A stretch of DNA of 60,866 nt from an uncultured delta proteobacterium (GCA_963695875.1 CAVOID010000016.1:1-60866); one strand, 5' to 3'; numbered from the stretch's first letter, positions 12,276 through 25,009 are shown. A program made the numbers and translations. Notes: generated by a model from the sequence alone, not told the origin.

Positions 12276-13170
12276 GATGACATATTCCACAAAGATGGGT
12301 TGATTATTGTTTCATCTATAACTGCATATTCTGGAAAGTTAATTTTGTCTAAAGCATCTGTTTTGCCAACCTCTCCTATGATTTCTTTGCAGATGCTCTT
12401 GATTATTCACGCCAACGATGATGTAGTCAACTTCTGGCTGTCGATAGACAAATGCCAAGGCTGCTCTGCTAATGGGTATTCCCTTGTATTTTCAAATCTT
12501 CACGATATTGCTTCACAAGAGGTCTGATGGATTAAAGTAAATTGGCAGCTCATCCGGTAACATGAGGAGTAATCCTTGAAGAAAAACGGAGCGGCTATGG
12601 ATCTCAATGCCCTGGTTTTTAAGATGTTGAAGATGACCCTCCTTTAATCATTCGCTGGTCGAACACATTTAGGGGCACTTGAACCAAATCCAGATGAATA
12701 TTTACTTATCAGTTCTTCAATTTCCATGCGGCGAATACACGGATGCCCCGATCTTCTGGACAAGCCCTCGGCTTTCAGCTCTTGCATGGCCTCCCAGAGA
12801 TATTGGCTACCTAATCTAAGCAGGTCATTGGCACTGGTGAATGAGAAGCCCATAAAGGGCCGGTTGTTTCAATCTTTTTAGCGACTTATGAAATGTATTT
12901 TTTAATCTTGCCGCATCTGTTTTATCGATCCTGATCCATCTCATTAAATAGGAGTCTTGGTCACGATCTTAAAAGACGTATCTTTCGGAATGTTACGACC
13001 AAGGACATCCTCGCTCACTTCCATAAGATACAGCTGTATCTAAAGTGGTAATTCCGCATCCCCAAGCATACTTCAGAATATCTGCGACCTCTGTTTCTGG
13101 TGTGATCCCCTCGCAATTTGAAACACCATAATCCAGACCAAATTGCACCGTACCTAAGCCGAACTTTCAT
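12272..13170 (-). CDS. Aldo/keto reductase (heavily frameshifted; mostly missed by the ORF track)
   Basis: Manual translation gives GLGTVQFGLDYGVSN..., LDTA..YG.SE.VLG, IVTK, EIHSRSVFLQGLL and a C-terminal NPSLW. ATGA overlaps occur with both neighbours. Confidence 0.8.
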
Positions 13171-14300
13171 AAAAGGATTTTTCGTAAGCATTCTATGACA
13201 TAGTCCTGTTCTTCATCGGAGAGCCCCGGATACATGGGCAGGCTGATTATCTCTTCGTAGGCCGGTTCAGCTACAGGGCATAGACCAGGTTTCGTATCAA
13301 ATCGGTTTTGATAAAACGGATGCAGATGAACAGGAATATAATGAACATTTACGCCGATACCGTCTTCTCGTAATTTCCTGAAAACCATACCGCGATCCAA
13401 ATTTGTTCCTTCTAAATCGAGACGGACCACATATAAGTGATAGGCATGGAAAGCTATGCTTCTAACGGACAGAGGTCTTATATGGGACAGCCAGAAAACG
13501 CTTCATCATAGCGATGCGCAATTTCCTGCTGCGCTCGATCCATTTGGGCAACTTTTTAAGCTGGCTCATTCCCAATGCGCACTGGAAATCGGTAATACGG
13601 TAGTTGTACCCCAAATCGACCATTTCATAGAACCATGAGCCTTGAGCTCTCTTTGCCTGTGGTCGTGCTCGATACCCATGATTTCGGAAAAGTGCGCATA
13701 CGGCTCTGCCAGTTTCTGATCATCCGTTGTGATCATCCCCCTTCACCGGTGGTTATGTGTTTGACCGGATGAAAGCTGAAGGCATTGAGAGCAGCCAGGG
13801 AGCCAACGGGTTTGTCTTTGTAACGGCCGCCAAGGGAATGACAGGCATCGGCTACCAGTGTAAGATTATGGTGTTTGGCAATGTCTTTAAGTGTATCGTA
13901 GTCACAAGGCTGCCCGGCATAATCCACAGCGATAATGGCCTTTGTTTTAGGCGATAGACATGACTCGAACAGATGCAGGATCTATCAGAAGGGTCCCCGG
14001 GTCTACATCTGCAAAGACAGGAGTTCCTCCCTGAAAAACGACACAATTGGCTGTGGCAGCAAAGGTCATGGCCGGCACAATCACTTCGTCGCCGGGACCG
14101 ATACCGAGGGCAAACATGGCCGCATGGAGCGCTGCGGTGCCACTGTTCACCGCAACAGCATATTTTGCTCCTACGAAATCAGCAAAGGCTTTCTCAAACT
14201 GCTCTATTGTCGGACCTGTGGTGAGCCAGTCGGATCGAAGCACATCGACAACAGCCTGAATGTCTTCTTCATCGATACATTGTTTGCCATAAGGAATCAT
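13167..14300 (-). CDS. pseC: UDP-4-amino-4,6-dideoxy-N-acetyl-beta-L-altrosamine transaminase (frameshifted)
   Basis: MIPYGKQ.IDEEDI..V..VLRSDWLTTGP, NSGTAALH, DACHSLGG, FSFHPVKHITTGEGG and VNVHYIPVH motifs. Confidence 0.92.
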
Positions 14301-15278
<978 letters not shown>

Positions 15279-15414
15279 TTAAAAAGTTCCTCTTTTAGAT
15301 GCGAGCTCCGCCCTCTAGGTTACATTAGAAGGCACCCTTCTAGCTCGAATACGGATCAAAAAAATTGCTTCTATTAAGAAATAATTAAGTTAAAACGGGA
15401 TGTTATCCGGTGTT

Positions 15415-15771
15415 TCAACCGTCGGTATCGGAAACGCCGGCTTCCTTTTTCAATAGTCTGATTTCACTTTCAAGCTCCTCGAATTCCTGGATTTTTCTCC
15501 TCAGAAAGCGATAGGTAATCTTCGCCTTTTCCTCAAAACCTCTGGGTGTTAAATAGTATAAATAGGCTTTTTTATTGTTGGAATTCTTGAAATTGTGCGC
15601 CTTGATAAGACCTTTTTGTATGAGGGCATTCACCAGGAAGTTGACCTTGCCGAGGCTGATGCCTAATCGGGAAGATAATTCACGTTGAGTCATTTCAGGG
15701 GTTATTGCAATTTCCCTGAGGACTTTAAGGACTTCTTCAGTTTCAAGTTGTTGTTTATTTGACAAAGTCAT
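15415..15771 (-). CDS. EPS-associated MarR-family transcriptional regulator
   Basis: [45 protein letters not shown] motifs; heads the pse cluster. The ATG at 15771 was preferred over the GTG at 15792. Confidence 0.9.
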   Translation of the reverse strand: MTLSNKQQLETEEVLKVLREIAITPEMTQRELSSRLGISLGKVNFLVNALIQKGLIKAHNFKNSNNKKAYLYYLTPRGFEEKAKITYRFLRRKIQEFEELESEIRLLKKEAGVSDTDG

Positions 15772-15786
15772 ATAAATATCCGATAT

Positions 15787-15839
15787 GTTCACTCCGTGAA
15801 CGCAGGGAAGAGATTAATTCAACAAAAAAGGATTGTCAA
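15787..15839 (-). promoter_or_regulatory. Sigma70-type promoter with a downstream palindromic operator
   Basis: On the minus strand TTGACA (15839-15834), 17 bp, TAATCT (15816-15811). The palindrome GTTCAC-N3-GTGAAC lies at 15787-15801. Confidence 0.6.
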
Positions 15840-15885
15840 GAAAAAAAGGAGGGGCAAAAGATACCAGAGAGATGAGTCACAGTCA

Positions 15886-16810
15886 TTACTTAGGACCAGA
15901 GGTAATATGTAAATGCCACAGAATAAGCCTGGAATAGATGAAAAACTTGTCATGGAGTTGGCGATTTATGCCCAGTGAAAGGACATTCGCAATTGCCGTC
16001 AGCAGCCAGTTAACAAATAACCGGATGATTATCACGAATACGCACAAGTATATAATAGGGGCGCGTTTTCCACTTTCGGAAGAACTGGTAGCGGGAACGG
16101 TAGAATTCGATTCTCGAACGGATGTCCCTGCCGATGCTTTGTCCTTGCAGATGATAAATAAACGCTGTGGGCACATAAAAGATCTTCCAGCCGGCTGATT
16201 TCATCTGATAAGCCCAGTCAGTTTCTTCAAAAAAGAAAAAGTAGCGTTCATCAAACATGCCTACATCGTCGATAGCTTTCTTACGAACCAGGAGACATGC
16301 ACCAATACCCGAATCTACCTCTATCGGTTTTTCGTAATTGTAGCGCTTGCTCGGATAACGCTTGGGGAATAAATATTCGAGCATGGGCATGTTGGTAAGC
16401 AATGTAAGGAACGTCGGAAAACTTGCAATGGAGTTTTGCTTGCTGCCGTCTGCATTAAGGAGTTGGCCGCAGGACATGGCCGCTTCCGGGTGGTTTTCCA
16501 TGAAGGTATATAATTCATGAACGGCATTTTCTGTCAACACCGTATCGGAATTCAATAAAAGTGCATACCTGCCATTCATTATACGCATCGCCTGGTTGTT
16601 GGCTGCTCCGAATCCGAGGTTTTCCGTATTTTGTATGACTTTCACCTGCGGATACTTGTCTTTCAGCATGGCATCGCTGCCATCCTGAGAGGCGTTATCT
16701 ACAACTATGATTTCATAGCTGATATTACGGACGGTTTTAGATATGGATTCGAGGCAGTTTTGGAGGAGATCTCTGGTATTCCGGTTGACGATTATGATTG
16801 AAATATCCAT
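15886..16810 (-). CDS. Glycosyltransferase family 2 (rhamnosyltransferase-like; C-terminal frameshift)
   Basis: VVDNASQDGS, NLGFGAANN, LLNSD and GMFDERYFFFFEETDW motifs; the C-terminus continues in ORF 15886..16176. Confidence 0.88.
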
Positions 16811-16872
16811 TAGGAGCCATACCTATCCAAAATACTATATGAATGAACTTATTTTATTGAGTTTCGCAAATA

Positions 16873-16905
16873 AGATTGCCGCGTCGCGCTGCTCCTTGCA
16901 ATGAC
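16873..16905. repeat. Single arm of a REP-like palindromic element
   Basis: GC-rich AGATTGCCGCGTCGCGCTGCTCCTTGCAATGAC in an AT-rich spacer. From memory it resembles the GTCATTGCGAG...GCAATCT repeat type; only one arm is present. Confidence 0.45.
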
Positions 16906-16920
16906 AGCAGGTGTAAATCT

Positions 16921-17700
16921 TCAAATGCCTTGCTTCTTGTTTGATTGTTTGTTTAGTTCCGCTAATTTGGCGTATTTAAAAAATTTATTCACAGCATCGG
17001 TAACTGCCAGAGTGAAACCTTGAGAACCGTCGAGAAAGCCCAGCCTCAAGACATAGTTATGAAAAAAAGCAAGCTTTGCGCGAAACGCAGCAGACCAAAT
17101 TGAGGCCGTCTTGCCCTCGTTGAAGGCCTCTTCAGCTCCAAAGGTTGAGTACTGATCAATTTTAATGAGGATCTGGCTGAGGCGACTCTCCGTATAATGT
17201 TCTATGGGGTAAACAAGCGGCTCTACGTGACCGTCGACTTCCACAGATTCGTGAACCTTTGCTTGTGTCATACGGCCCTTATCTTTTCGGAAAAGCCTGA
17301 TGACCCGATCCGGCCACCATCCTGCATGCCTTATCCACCTGCCCTGGAAGAAATTTTTCCGGGGGAAACTGAATCCTGAAGCGGTAGTTGCCGGATTTAT
17401 GATGAGGTTTCTTATAGCGTTTGCTGTTTCCTTCGGGATTCGCTCGTCCGCATCAAGAACAAGAATCCACGGTTTTTTGCAACGATCGATGGCAAACTGT
17501 TTCTGGGGGCCAAAACCCCGCCATGGTTCAGCGAAGACTTCGCAGCCAAAGTCGGATGCGATTGTAACGGTACCATCCGTACTGCCGGAGTCCACTACCA
17601 CGATCTGTTCAGCAAAAGAGACACTTTTCAAGCAGTCAGGGAGGTTCTCAGCTTCGTTTTTTGTTATGATTGCCACGGACAGAGGTATTTTATTTTCCAT
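16921..17700 (-). CDS. Glycosyltransferase family 2 (WaaE/KdtX-like LPS core beta-1,4-glucosyltransferase)
   Basis: LSVAIITKNE, VVDSGSTDGT, GFGPQKQFA, LVLDADE, WWPDRVIRLF, VHESV and GFLDG..G motifs. Confidence 0.88.
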   Translation of the reverse strand: MENKIPLSVAIITKNEAENLPDCLKSVSFAEQIVVVDSGSTDGTVTIASDFGCEVFAEPWRGFGPQKQFAIDRCKKPWILVLDADERIPKETANAIRNLIINPATTASGFSFPRKNFFQGRWIRHAGWWPDRVIRLFRKDKGRMTQAKVHESVEVDGHVEPLVYPIEHYTESRLSQILIKIDQYSTFGAEEAFNEGKTASIWSAAFRAKLAFFHNYVLRLGFLDGSQGFTLAVTDAVNKFFKYAKLAELNKQSNKKQGI

Positions 17701-17846
17701 ATCTCTCAAGTATCATTAAACTGTTATTTTGGACAAAGAGTCTTTATTAATTTCCAGTAGACTCATAATCATTTCAATAAGACCCGGGTGTCAACATTTC
17801 AGTCCAGATTTTTCATACCAACAAAAAAGACATGTCTAAAATAAGA

Positions 17847-18819
17847 TTACAAATAATCTATCTTCTGCTCAAAGGGCAAATAAACATTCTCCTTAAACCG
17901 TTCATAGAGCTTGGGGTAATGGGTTATGTTCCTGTCGTGTAAAGGCTTGTATATATCAATGTACTTATTCAAGCCGGGCCATTTATCATCCCACATTTTT
18001 CTCAGCTTTTGCGCCCAGTCATCCCCATAATGGACAAAGCATTGCTCCCTCGATTTATTCTTTTCCGTAACCTTGTGATAATGCCAGACAAACGAGTCCA
18101 GGCTCAATGCCGTACATCCGCCGGCCAGGAAGCAACGCAGCGAAAAATCATTGTTCTCGTAGCATGCCGTCCATCGTTCATCAAAATAGCCGATTTCATC
18201 AAAAATGGCTCTCCGCCAGAACATGACATTAAATTCAACACCGATGTATCTGAGATAGCTTTTTTTCTCTTTATTGATCAGTTTTCCCAAGTAAAGATAT
18301 TTCTTTCTTTTTAAGATCCTTTAAGTCCGGGTGATCGGCGCCGAACTCTTCTCTCGGGTTCCATATCTGATAATCCACATCACTCTTGTCCGTAAAAGGT
18401 GTGGCCTGATAGACCTCCGGAATCTGCACCTTGTTGAATAAGTCTTCATCCATCCCCGTAGTAACCAGGACATCCGATGTAATCAAACCTATAACCGGTG
18501 ACTTACAGGTCCTCACAAAAAAGTTAATTGCCCCGCTGATTCCGATGTTGCGGTTTAAAAGGATGGCAGAAAACCCATACTGTCTCTGTTTATCGATAAG
18601 CCACTTCTGATGGTTTTCAGGTGAACCCTGGTCCAGGAGAAAAACATCACAGGATAGATTTCGACTTTTGCGTTCATAGAAGGTATCCAAAACATTGCCG
18701 AGAATTTCCGTCGGCGTTTTGTTCCCCCGCAGGATTATAATTCAGAATCAGATATGCGATGTCAGGAATCATGGGTGTTAAAAACTTAATTTCTTCTTTT
18801 TCTTTAAATCACGAGCCAT
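17847..18819 (-). CDS. Divergent GT2-like glycosyltransferase (frameshifted)
   Basis: LLDQGS, NRNIGISGAIN, IGYFDERW...YENNDFSLR and FVWHYH motifs; the start is approximate. Confidence 0.65.
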
Positions 18820-18920
18820 CAACAATACTGTACCTCTGGCGATGCCGATCTATACCACAATGAAATTGCGATTAAAATAGTGTAATTTGAAGGAGAGTGT
18901 GATAGGGGAGCAAAATTAAT

Positions 18921-18950
18921 TTGCGTTAAGTCTATAAATACAGGTAGAAT
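18921..18950 (+). promoter_or_regulatory. Possible sigma70 promoter for the O-antigen ligase operon (near-leaderless)
   Basis: TTGCGT-18bp-TAGAAT ending 10 nt before the ATG at 18960; no clear Shine-Dalgarno sequence. Confidence 0.35.
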
Positions 18951-18959
18951 TGCGACCCT

Positions 18960-20248
18960 ATGAACGAGCCATCCCCTTTGCCATTGAAAACTAAATACGG
19001 GCGATTATTTAAATCTTTAAACCTCTGTATTCCCATCTTGATGGGAATATTTATTTTTTTTAATCCATATCCCGGCGTAACAGCTATACAGGAAATCTCT
19101 TTTTACGGCTCAGTCCTGATTTTGTTGACTTTAATTCTTCTAAAGAAAACGGATTTCTCTTTACGAACACCTCTGTCCATCCCATTTCTTCTCTTTGTAC
19201 TCTGGAGTTTCTGCGGCCTGTTCTTTGCTCTTAATAAAGGAAACAGCATTCACGATTTCTATGCACATTTAATAAAATATGTGATCGTTTTCTATCTGCT
19301 TTTCAACTTTTTCAATACGAAGGAAAGGCTGCTTATTCTCATATGGACCATTGTAGTCTCAACGGCTATTTATTCGGTCTGGATGATGGTTTATTTCTAC
19401 GTTGTATTAGGTAACGCTTTATCAACCAGGTTGGGCTTGTTCATGGATGAAATTCCATCCTAATATTGTCGGCATTTCCACCTTATTTGCAATGCTGCTT
19501 TCCATTTACCAGTTAACGAAAGAAAGAATAGCGTATCGAAAAATTATCCTGGCCATTTGCCTGTGCGCAACAGCTATTGCCACACTTGCTACTCAGACAA
19601 GGGGTACCATCTTAGCCATGTTTGTGTCTCTGCTCTTATCATTCCCGAAAAATAAGAAGACCATTACTGTTATTTTTCTTTTTCTTGCTATAGCTATTCT
19701 TTTAATGCCGGTAAAAAATCGATTAACTCCCCATGCCATTAGTGACAGAATTCGTTATGGATGATCGAACAAACGCCTGGTACTGTTTTGGTGAAATGGT
19801 AAAAGATCATCCCCTGACAGGTATCGGTTTCGGTATGCAGACATATTTTGACGAAAATTTGTTGAATAAATATAACGAAAGGGTCCCGATCCAATACAGA
19901 CAATCCGATCCCCTTAAGGCGCCCCACAACCTTGTAGTTGATATAGCAGTGCGTGTCGGCATAGTAGGTCTTCTATTTTTTTTCTATATCATCTTTGTGT
20001 TTGGCAGAATGAGCCGGCAGATTATAAAATCCGGGAAAGATGATTTTACCGGCCATTGGGGATCATGTTTTGTGGCTACCTTCGTTGCTGTATTTATCCA
20101 GGGGTTATTTGAAAATACAATGAGCGGGCCGCCTGCCATAATACTTTACACCATAATGGCCATGATGACCATTTTGTGGCGTCTTAAACGCGGAGTCGGA
20201 TATTCAAGGCCAGCATGCTACCGCCATATAATTTTAGTAATGGGATGA
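18960..20248 (+). CDS. O-antigen ligase (WaaL/Wzy_C)-like membrane protein (frameshifted)
   Basis: Multi-TM protein with HPN, TQTRG, R...W, DHPLTGIGFG and PHNL..DI...GIVGL motifs over three ORFs. Confidence 0.85.
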
Positions 20249-20281
20249 CATAAGAGTAAAAGAGGGTTGTTTTTCACATAT

Positions 20282-21425
20282 ATGAAACATAATATCCATA
20301 AAATAGCCGTTGTAATTCCTAAATATGGTCTCGTGGGCGGTGCAGAACATCATGCCGCAGAACTGACGAGACGAATTGTCCCTTAATCCATGGTATGACA
20401 TCCATGTCTTCGCAAATAAATGGCTGGCAAACGGAGACCGCCTTACCTTTCATAAGATTCCCATCATTACCTTTCCCAAATTTCTAACAACTTTCAGTTT
20501 CGCCTGTTTCGCAAAAAATAAAATGGCAAAAATTGGCATTGATTTTATACACGCCCATGACAGGATCTTTGATGCGGATATCTTTACAATGCACGGTGTT
20601 CCCCATGCATTCTGGATTCACGAAGTCCGGAGAAAGAATATGAGTCTTAACGATCATGCCACGGCATGGATAGAAAAAAAACTTGTAAGAAATCCGAGGT
20701 GCAAGCGGTTCATTTCTGTGTCAAACTTGGCAAGTGAAAAATTCCTGCAGTCCTATGACGTTGATGCAAAAAAGATTCAGGTTATCCACCCGGGCATTGA
20801 TATGGAAAGGTATCGCGGATTAGACCGCGGGCAATGCCGTCACGAAATCAGGAGTCTATGGGGGATAGACGAAACAGATGTTGTCATTCTCTTTGTTTCC
20901 ATGAACTTTGATATCAAAGGCCTTGATGCGCTCATGGCCGCAGTGGCAAAATCGAAATCGAATGATCGTTCTCAAAAAATAAAATTGCTGATCGTCGGAA
21001 AAGGTGAAGAAAAAAAATACGGACGAATCGCTAAAAATCTGGGAATCGGCAATGATGTTATCTTTGCGGGCGTCCATAGAGAAAAACTTGAACGAATCTA
21101 CCTGGCAAGCGATATTTTTTCCATCCTTTCAAAATTTGACACCTTCGGCATTGCCGTTCTTGAAGCCATGGCAGCCTCACTGCCCGTTGTGGTAAGCGGC
21201 AATGTTGGTGCAAAAGACCTGGTTGCGCACGGTGTCAATGGATTTATCATCGAAGATAGTACGGATATGGATAGAATAAGTGAAAAAATTTGTATTCTAT
21301 TGAACAAAGAGGTAAGAATGAGGATGGGAGTGGCTGCCCATGAGACTGCTCTGAACAATACCTGGGAGTCTGTCGCAAAAAAGTACGAATGTATTTATGA
21401 TGAGCTTCTGGAGCGTAATTCGTAA
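20282..21425 (+). CDS. Glycosyltransferase family 4 (WaaG/RfaG-like; N-terminal frameshift)
   Basis: Manual N-terminus IAVVIPKYGLVGGAE; NFDIKGL and DTFGIAVLEAMAASLPVV motifs. Confidence 0.88.
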
Positions 21426-21428
21426 AAA

Positions 21429-22289
21429 ATGGATTTATCGATTATTATAGTATCCTACAACACATCCGATCTGATTGGGACGTGTCTCAGTTCGGTCACC
21501 GAACCTGATGACGTAGTTAAAGAGGTATTTGTCGTTGACAATGCATCGTCAGACGATAGTGCAAGTTACATAAAGAGAAATTTTCCTTTTGTGCATCTCA
21601 TTGTTAACCCTGAGAACAGGGGATTTGCTGCAGCAAACAATCAAGTATTGTCACTGTGCACCGGACGCTTCATCTTTTTCCTCAACCCGGATACCAGGGT
21701 ACTGCCAGGGACATTCAAAAAAGCCATATTATTTATGGATGGCAGGCCGCACATCGGTCTGGCGGGAACGAAATTAATTAATCCCGACGGGTCACTGCAT
21801 AAATCGGTCTCCTACAGATACCCGGGCCAAAAATATACTGCCGGTGAGCTATCAGGATTGAGAGGGCCTATTGCATGCGTTCAGGGCTCAAGTGCGATCG
21901 TTCGCGCAGACATAATAAGAAAGGTTGGAGGTTTTGACGAGGACTTTTTTCTTTATGGAGAGGACGAGGATCTATGCCTCAGGATAAGGAAGCTCGGTTA
22001 TGAAATTGGTTATATCGAAGAAGCTGTCGTCATGCATTTGGGGGGACAGAGTGAGCGCCAAACCCCTGCATCCGAGGTATGGAGGAAAAAAACAAAAGCT
22101 GAATTTCTATTTTATCGAAAGCATTATCTTCCCGAAACAATTGCACGGATAAAGAGGGCGCATTTGCTTAAAGCACGGTGGCGGATAGCAATGCTGAAAT
22201 TGACAACTCCATTTTCGATGAACAAGAATAAGACAGAAGAAAAAATGATCAAGTACCGGGTAATCAATGACGAAGTCAGCCAAATATAA
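21429..22289 (+). CDS. Glycosyltransferase family 2
   Basis: VVDNASSDDS, NRGFAAANN, FLNPD and GGFDEDFFLYGEDEDLC motifs. Confidence 0.9.
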   Translation: MDLSIIIVSYNTSDLIGTCLSSVTEPDDVVKEVFVVDNASSDDSASYIKRNFPFVHLIVNPENRGFAAANNQVLSLCTGRFIFFLNPDTRVLPGTFKKAILFMDGRPHIGLAGTKLINPDGSLHKSVSYRYPGQKYTAGELSGLRGPIACVQGSSAIVRADIIRKVGGFDEDFFLYGEDEDLCLRIRKLGYEIGYIEEAVVMHLGGQSERQTPASEVWRKKTKAEFLFYRKHYLPETIARIKRAHLLKARWRIAMLKLTTPFSMNKNKTEEKMIKYRVINDEVSQI

Positions 22290-22383
22290 AATAACACCCC
22301 CATGAAAATTTTATGCATTCTTGCTTTTGTCACATGTATAATCAGTTACCGCTAAACAAAGGAAACAGGATTGTATTCATACC

Positions 22384-24247
22384 ATGAATATTCTTGGCAT
22401 ATCCGCATTCTATCATGACTCGGCGGCAGCACTGCTGAAAAATGGTGAAATCATCGCCGCCGCTCAGGAAGAACGTTTTACCCGCAAAAAGCATGATTCT
22501 TCCTTCCCGGTAAATGCTGTCGGTTTTTGCCTTAAGTATGATGGAACCATGCTCGACGATATGGATGCCATTGTCTTTTATGACAAGCCCCTTCTAAAAT
22601 TCGAAAGACTGTTAGAAACGTACTATGTATACGCTCCCCGGGGATTGAAGTCGTTTCTCTCTGCCATGCCTGTATGGGTCAAAGAAAAGATGTTCTTAAA
22701 AAAACTCATCCGAGACGAGCTGTCAAAAATCGGGGAGTGGAACCGTGCTAAAACAAAATTACTATTCACTGACCACCATTTATCGCACGCTGCCAGCGCG
22801 TTTTTCCCGTCACCGTATCAGGAATCGGCAATTCTGACGATAGACGGCGTAGGCGAATGGGCGACTGCTTCCATTGGATTCGGCAAAGATAGGGACATTA
22901 CCACATTAAAGGAAATGAAATTCCCTCATTCTGTCGGCCTTCTGTACTCTGCTTTTACTTACTATCTCGGATTCAGGGTCAATTCGGGAGAGTACAAGCT
23001 AATGGGGCTTTCGCCGTACGGCGATCGCGCGTCCGATCAGGTAAAGAAGTTCAGGGACCGCATCTGCGAAGACATCGTCAATGTGAAGGAGGACGGTTCC
23101 ATCTGGCTGAATCAGGATTTCTTCGATTATACGACGGGATTGAGCATGGTGAAAGACGAAAAATGGGAGCAGCTGTTTGGATTTCCCCGCCGAAAGCCGG
23201 AAACAAATATAGAACAACATCATGCGAACCTGGCCCTGGCCGCCCAACAGATAACTGAAGAAGTTGTAATGAAGATGAGTATAACGGCGAAAGAAGCTCA
23301 CAGGGGCAAAAACACTATGTCTGTCGGGAGGAGTGGCTTTAAACTGCGTTGCCAACGGCAAACTTTTAAGGGAAGGTATATTTGAAGACATCTGGATCCA
23401 GCCAGCAGCCGGAGATGCAGGCGGCGCTCTTGGCGCCGCCTTTGCAGTCCACCATATGTACTTCGGCCAGGAGAGAAAAGTCGGAAGTAATTCTGACAGT
23501 ATGCACGGCTCTTTCTTAGGACCTGAATTCGATGAGCTGGATATCAAACTGATGGCTAGGCAGTATAACGCCCCATATCATCACTACGCAAACTTTGATG
23601 CGTTATGCGAGACAGTTGCTGATAAGCTTGCGCGAGGGAAGGCGATCGGATGGTTTCAGGGAAGGATGGAATTTGGGCCAAGGGCACTGGGAAACAGAAG
23701 TATCCTGGGAGATGCCAGAAACAAAGATATGCAAAAACGCCTGAACGTGAAGATTAAATTCCGGGAAAGCTTCAGACCCTTTGCACCCTCAGTCCTCTAT
23801 GGCGACACCCGTGATTATTTCGATATCGATAGACCCTCACCGTACATGCTTCTTATCGCCGAAGTAACAGCCAACAGGAAATATGAATTGCCGGAAAACT
23901 ACCATAGTCTGCCGATAAGAGAAAAACTTTACACTCTTCGCTCGGACGTACCTGCCATTACCCATTTGGACTATTCAGCAAGGCTGCAAACCGTCCACCA
24001 GGAAACGAATTCCCGCTACTACAAGCTCATAGAAGCTTTTAAAAAGCAAACAGGTTATAGTGTAATTGTCAATACAAGCTTCAATGTGAGAGGAGAACCT
24101 ATCGTCTGCACGCCTGAAGACGCATACAGGTGTTTCATGAGAACGGACATAGACTGCCTCGTAATAGGTGACTATCTCTTCGTCAAGAACGAACAGCCGA
24201 ACTGGCAGGAGGAGAAAGACTGGCGGGAGGATTATGTCCTGGATTAA
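22384..24247 (+). CDS. Carbamoyltransferase (NodU/CmcH/TobZ/SxtI family; one frameshift)
   Basis: ILGISAFYHDSAA, QEERFTRKKHD, HHLSHAASAF, DGVGEW, GEYKLMGL, GGVALNC.ANG, EFGPRALGNRS, KFRESFRPFAP and NTSFNVRGEP motifs. Confidence 0.93.
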
Positions 24248-24471
24248 AAGACACCTGACGATAATTTATGACTGACAGGTGTATATATCCGGTTTAGGTA
24301 CGTTTCGTATATTCTTGTTTTTTTCGCAGGACTGGCATATAAGGCAGCGAGGATACCGCAGGAATGATCTCAGTCTCCTCGGTGCTTCATCTGAAATGCA
24401 AATTATAGTTCGTCGATACCAATAAAGATGTCGGCAGTAATGGAATTTTTCGCATAAGAGGTTGCAATATC

Positions 24472-24618
24472 GTGGAATTTCTCAAAGACTTGTGGCTCTT
24501 TTTAAAAGAAAGAAAAAAATGGTGGCTGCTGCCCATGATCCTCATGTTATTATTGATAGGGATTCTCGTATTTACGGGCGGTTCAGCAATCGCTCCCTTC
24601 ATTTATACTCTTTTTTAA
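24472..24618 (+). CDS. DUF5989 / SxtK-like 48-aa membrane microprotein (not in the ORF track)
   Basis: GTG start after GAGG; MEFLKDLWLFLKERKKWWLLPMILMLLLIGILVFTGGSAIAPFIYTLF*, with the characteristic RKKWWL.P and APFIYTLF motifs. Confidence 0.88.
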   Translation: MEFLKDLWLFLKERKKWWLLPMILMLLLIGILVFTGGSAIAPFIYTLF

Positions 24619-24627
24619 GGACTTCAC

Positions 24628-24993
24628 TTGGACAGAATTGCCATATTTAAAACGATTAATGTACTTTCATTAGCGCTGTTGATCTGTTACCTGTTATTCA
24701 GTGCACAATGGCTGCTATGGCTTGCCTGCCTCCTTGTTCTGGGAAATACATTCGAATCCCGGATAACGGCATTGATTGCTGAATACTGGATGAAATTCGC
24801 TCACTATCTGGGCAATATCAATTCCAAAGTGCTTTTATCGATCATATTTTTCCTTGTTCTCACGCCTGTTGCCTTTTTCTACCGGTTGTTCAATAAAGAT
24901 ATTGTTGCGCACTTCATGGTGAACGGGAAGAAGAGTTACTTTGAAGACATAAACAAACGATACAAAAAGAGTGATTTTGAAAAAGTTTGGTAG
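24628..24993 (+). CDS. SxtJ family membrane protein
   Basis: WMKFA..LG.INSKVLL.IIFF.VLTP.A..YRLF.KD motif; adjacent to the carbamoyltransferase and DUF5989. Confidence 0.8.
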   Translation: MDRIAIFKTINVLSLALLICYLLFSAQWLLWLACLLVLGNTFESRITALIAEYWMKFAHYLGNINSKVLLSIIFFLVLTPVAFFYRLFNKDIVAHFMVNGKKSYFEDINKRYKKSDFEKVW

Positions 24994-25009
24994 GAATATC
25001 CGGTCAACT

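Noticed and set aside
24251..24282. ACACCTG/CAGGTGT inverted repeat after the carbamoyltransferase as a terminator
   Set aside because: It has an 18-nt loop and no adjacent U-tract, and could be chance.
22384..24993. Saxitoxin biosynthesis
   Set aside because: Only sxtI/J/K-like genes are present. There are no sxtA/G/B-type core genes, and the context is LPS.
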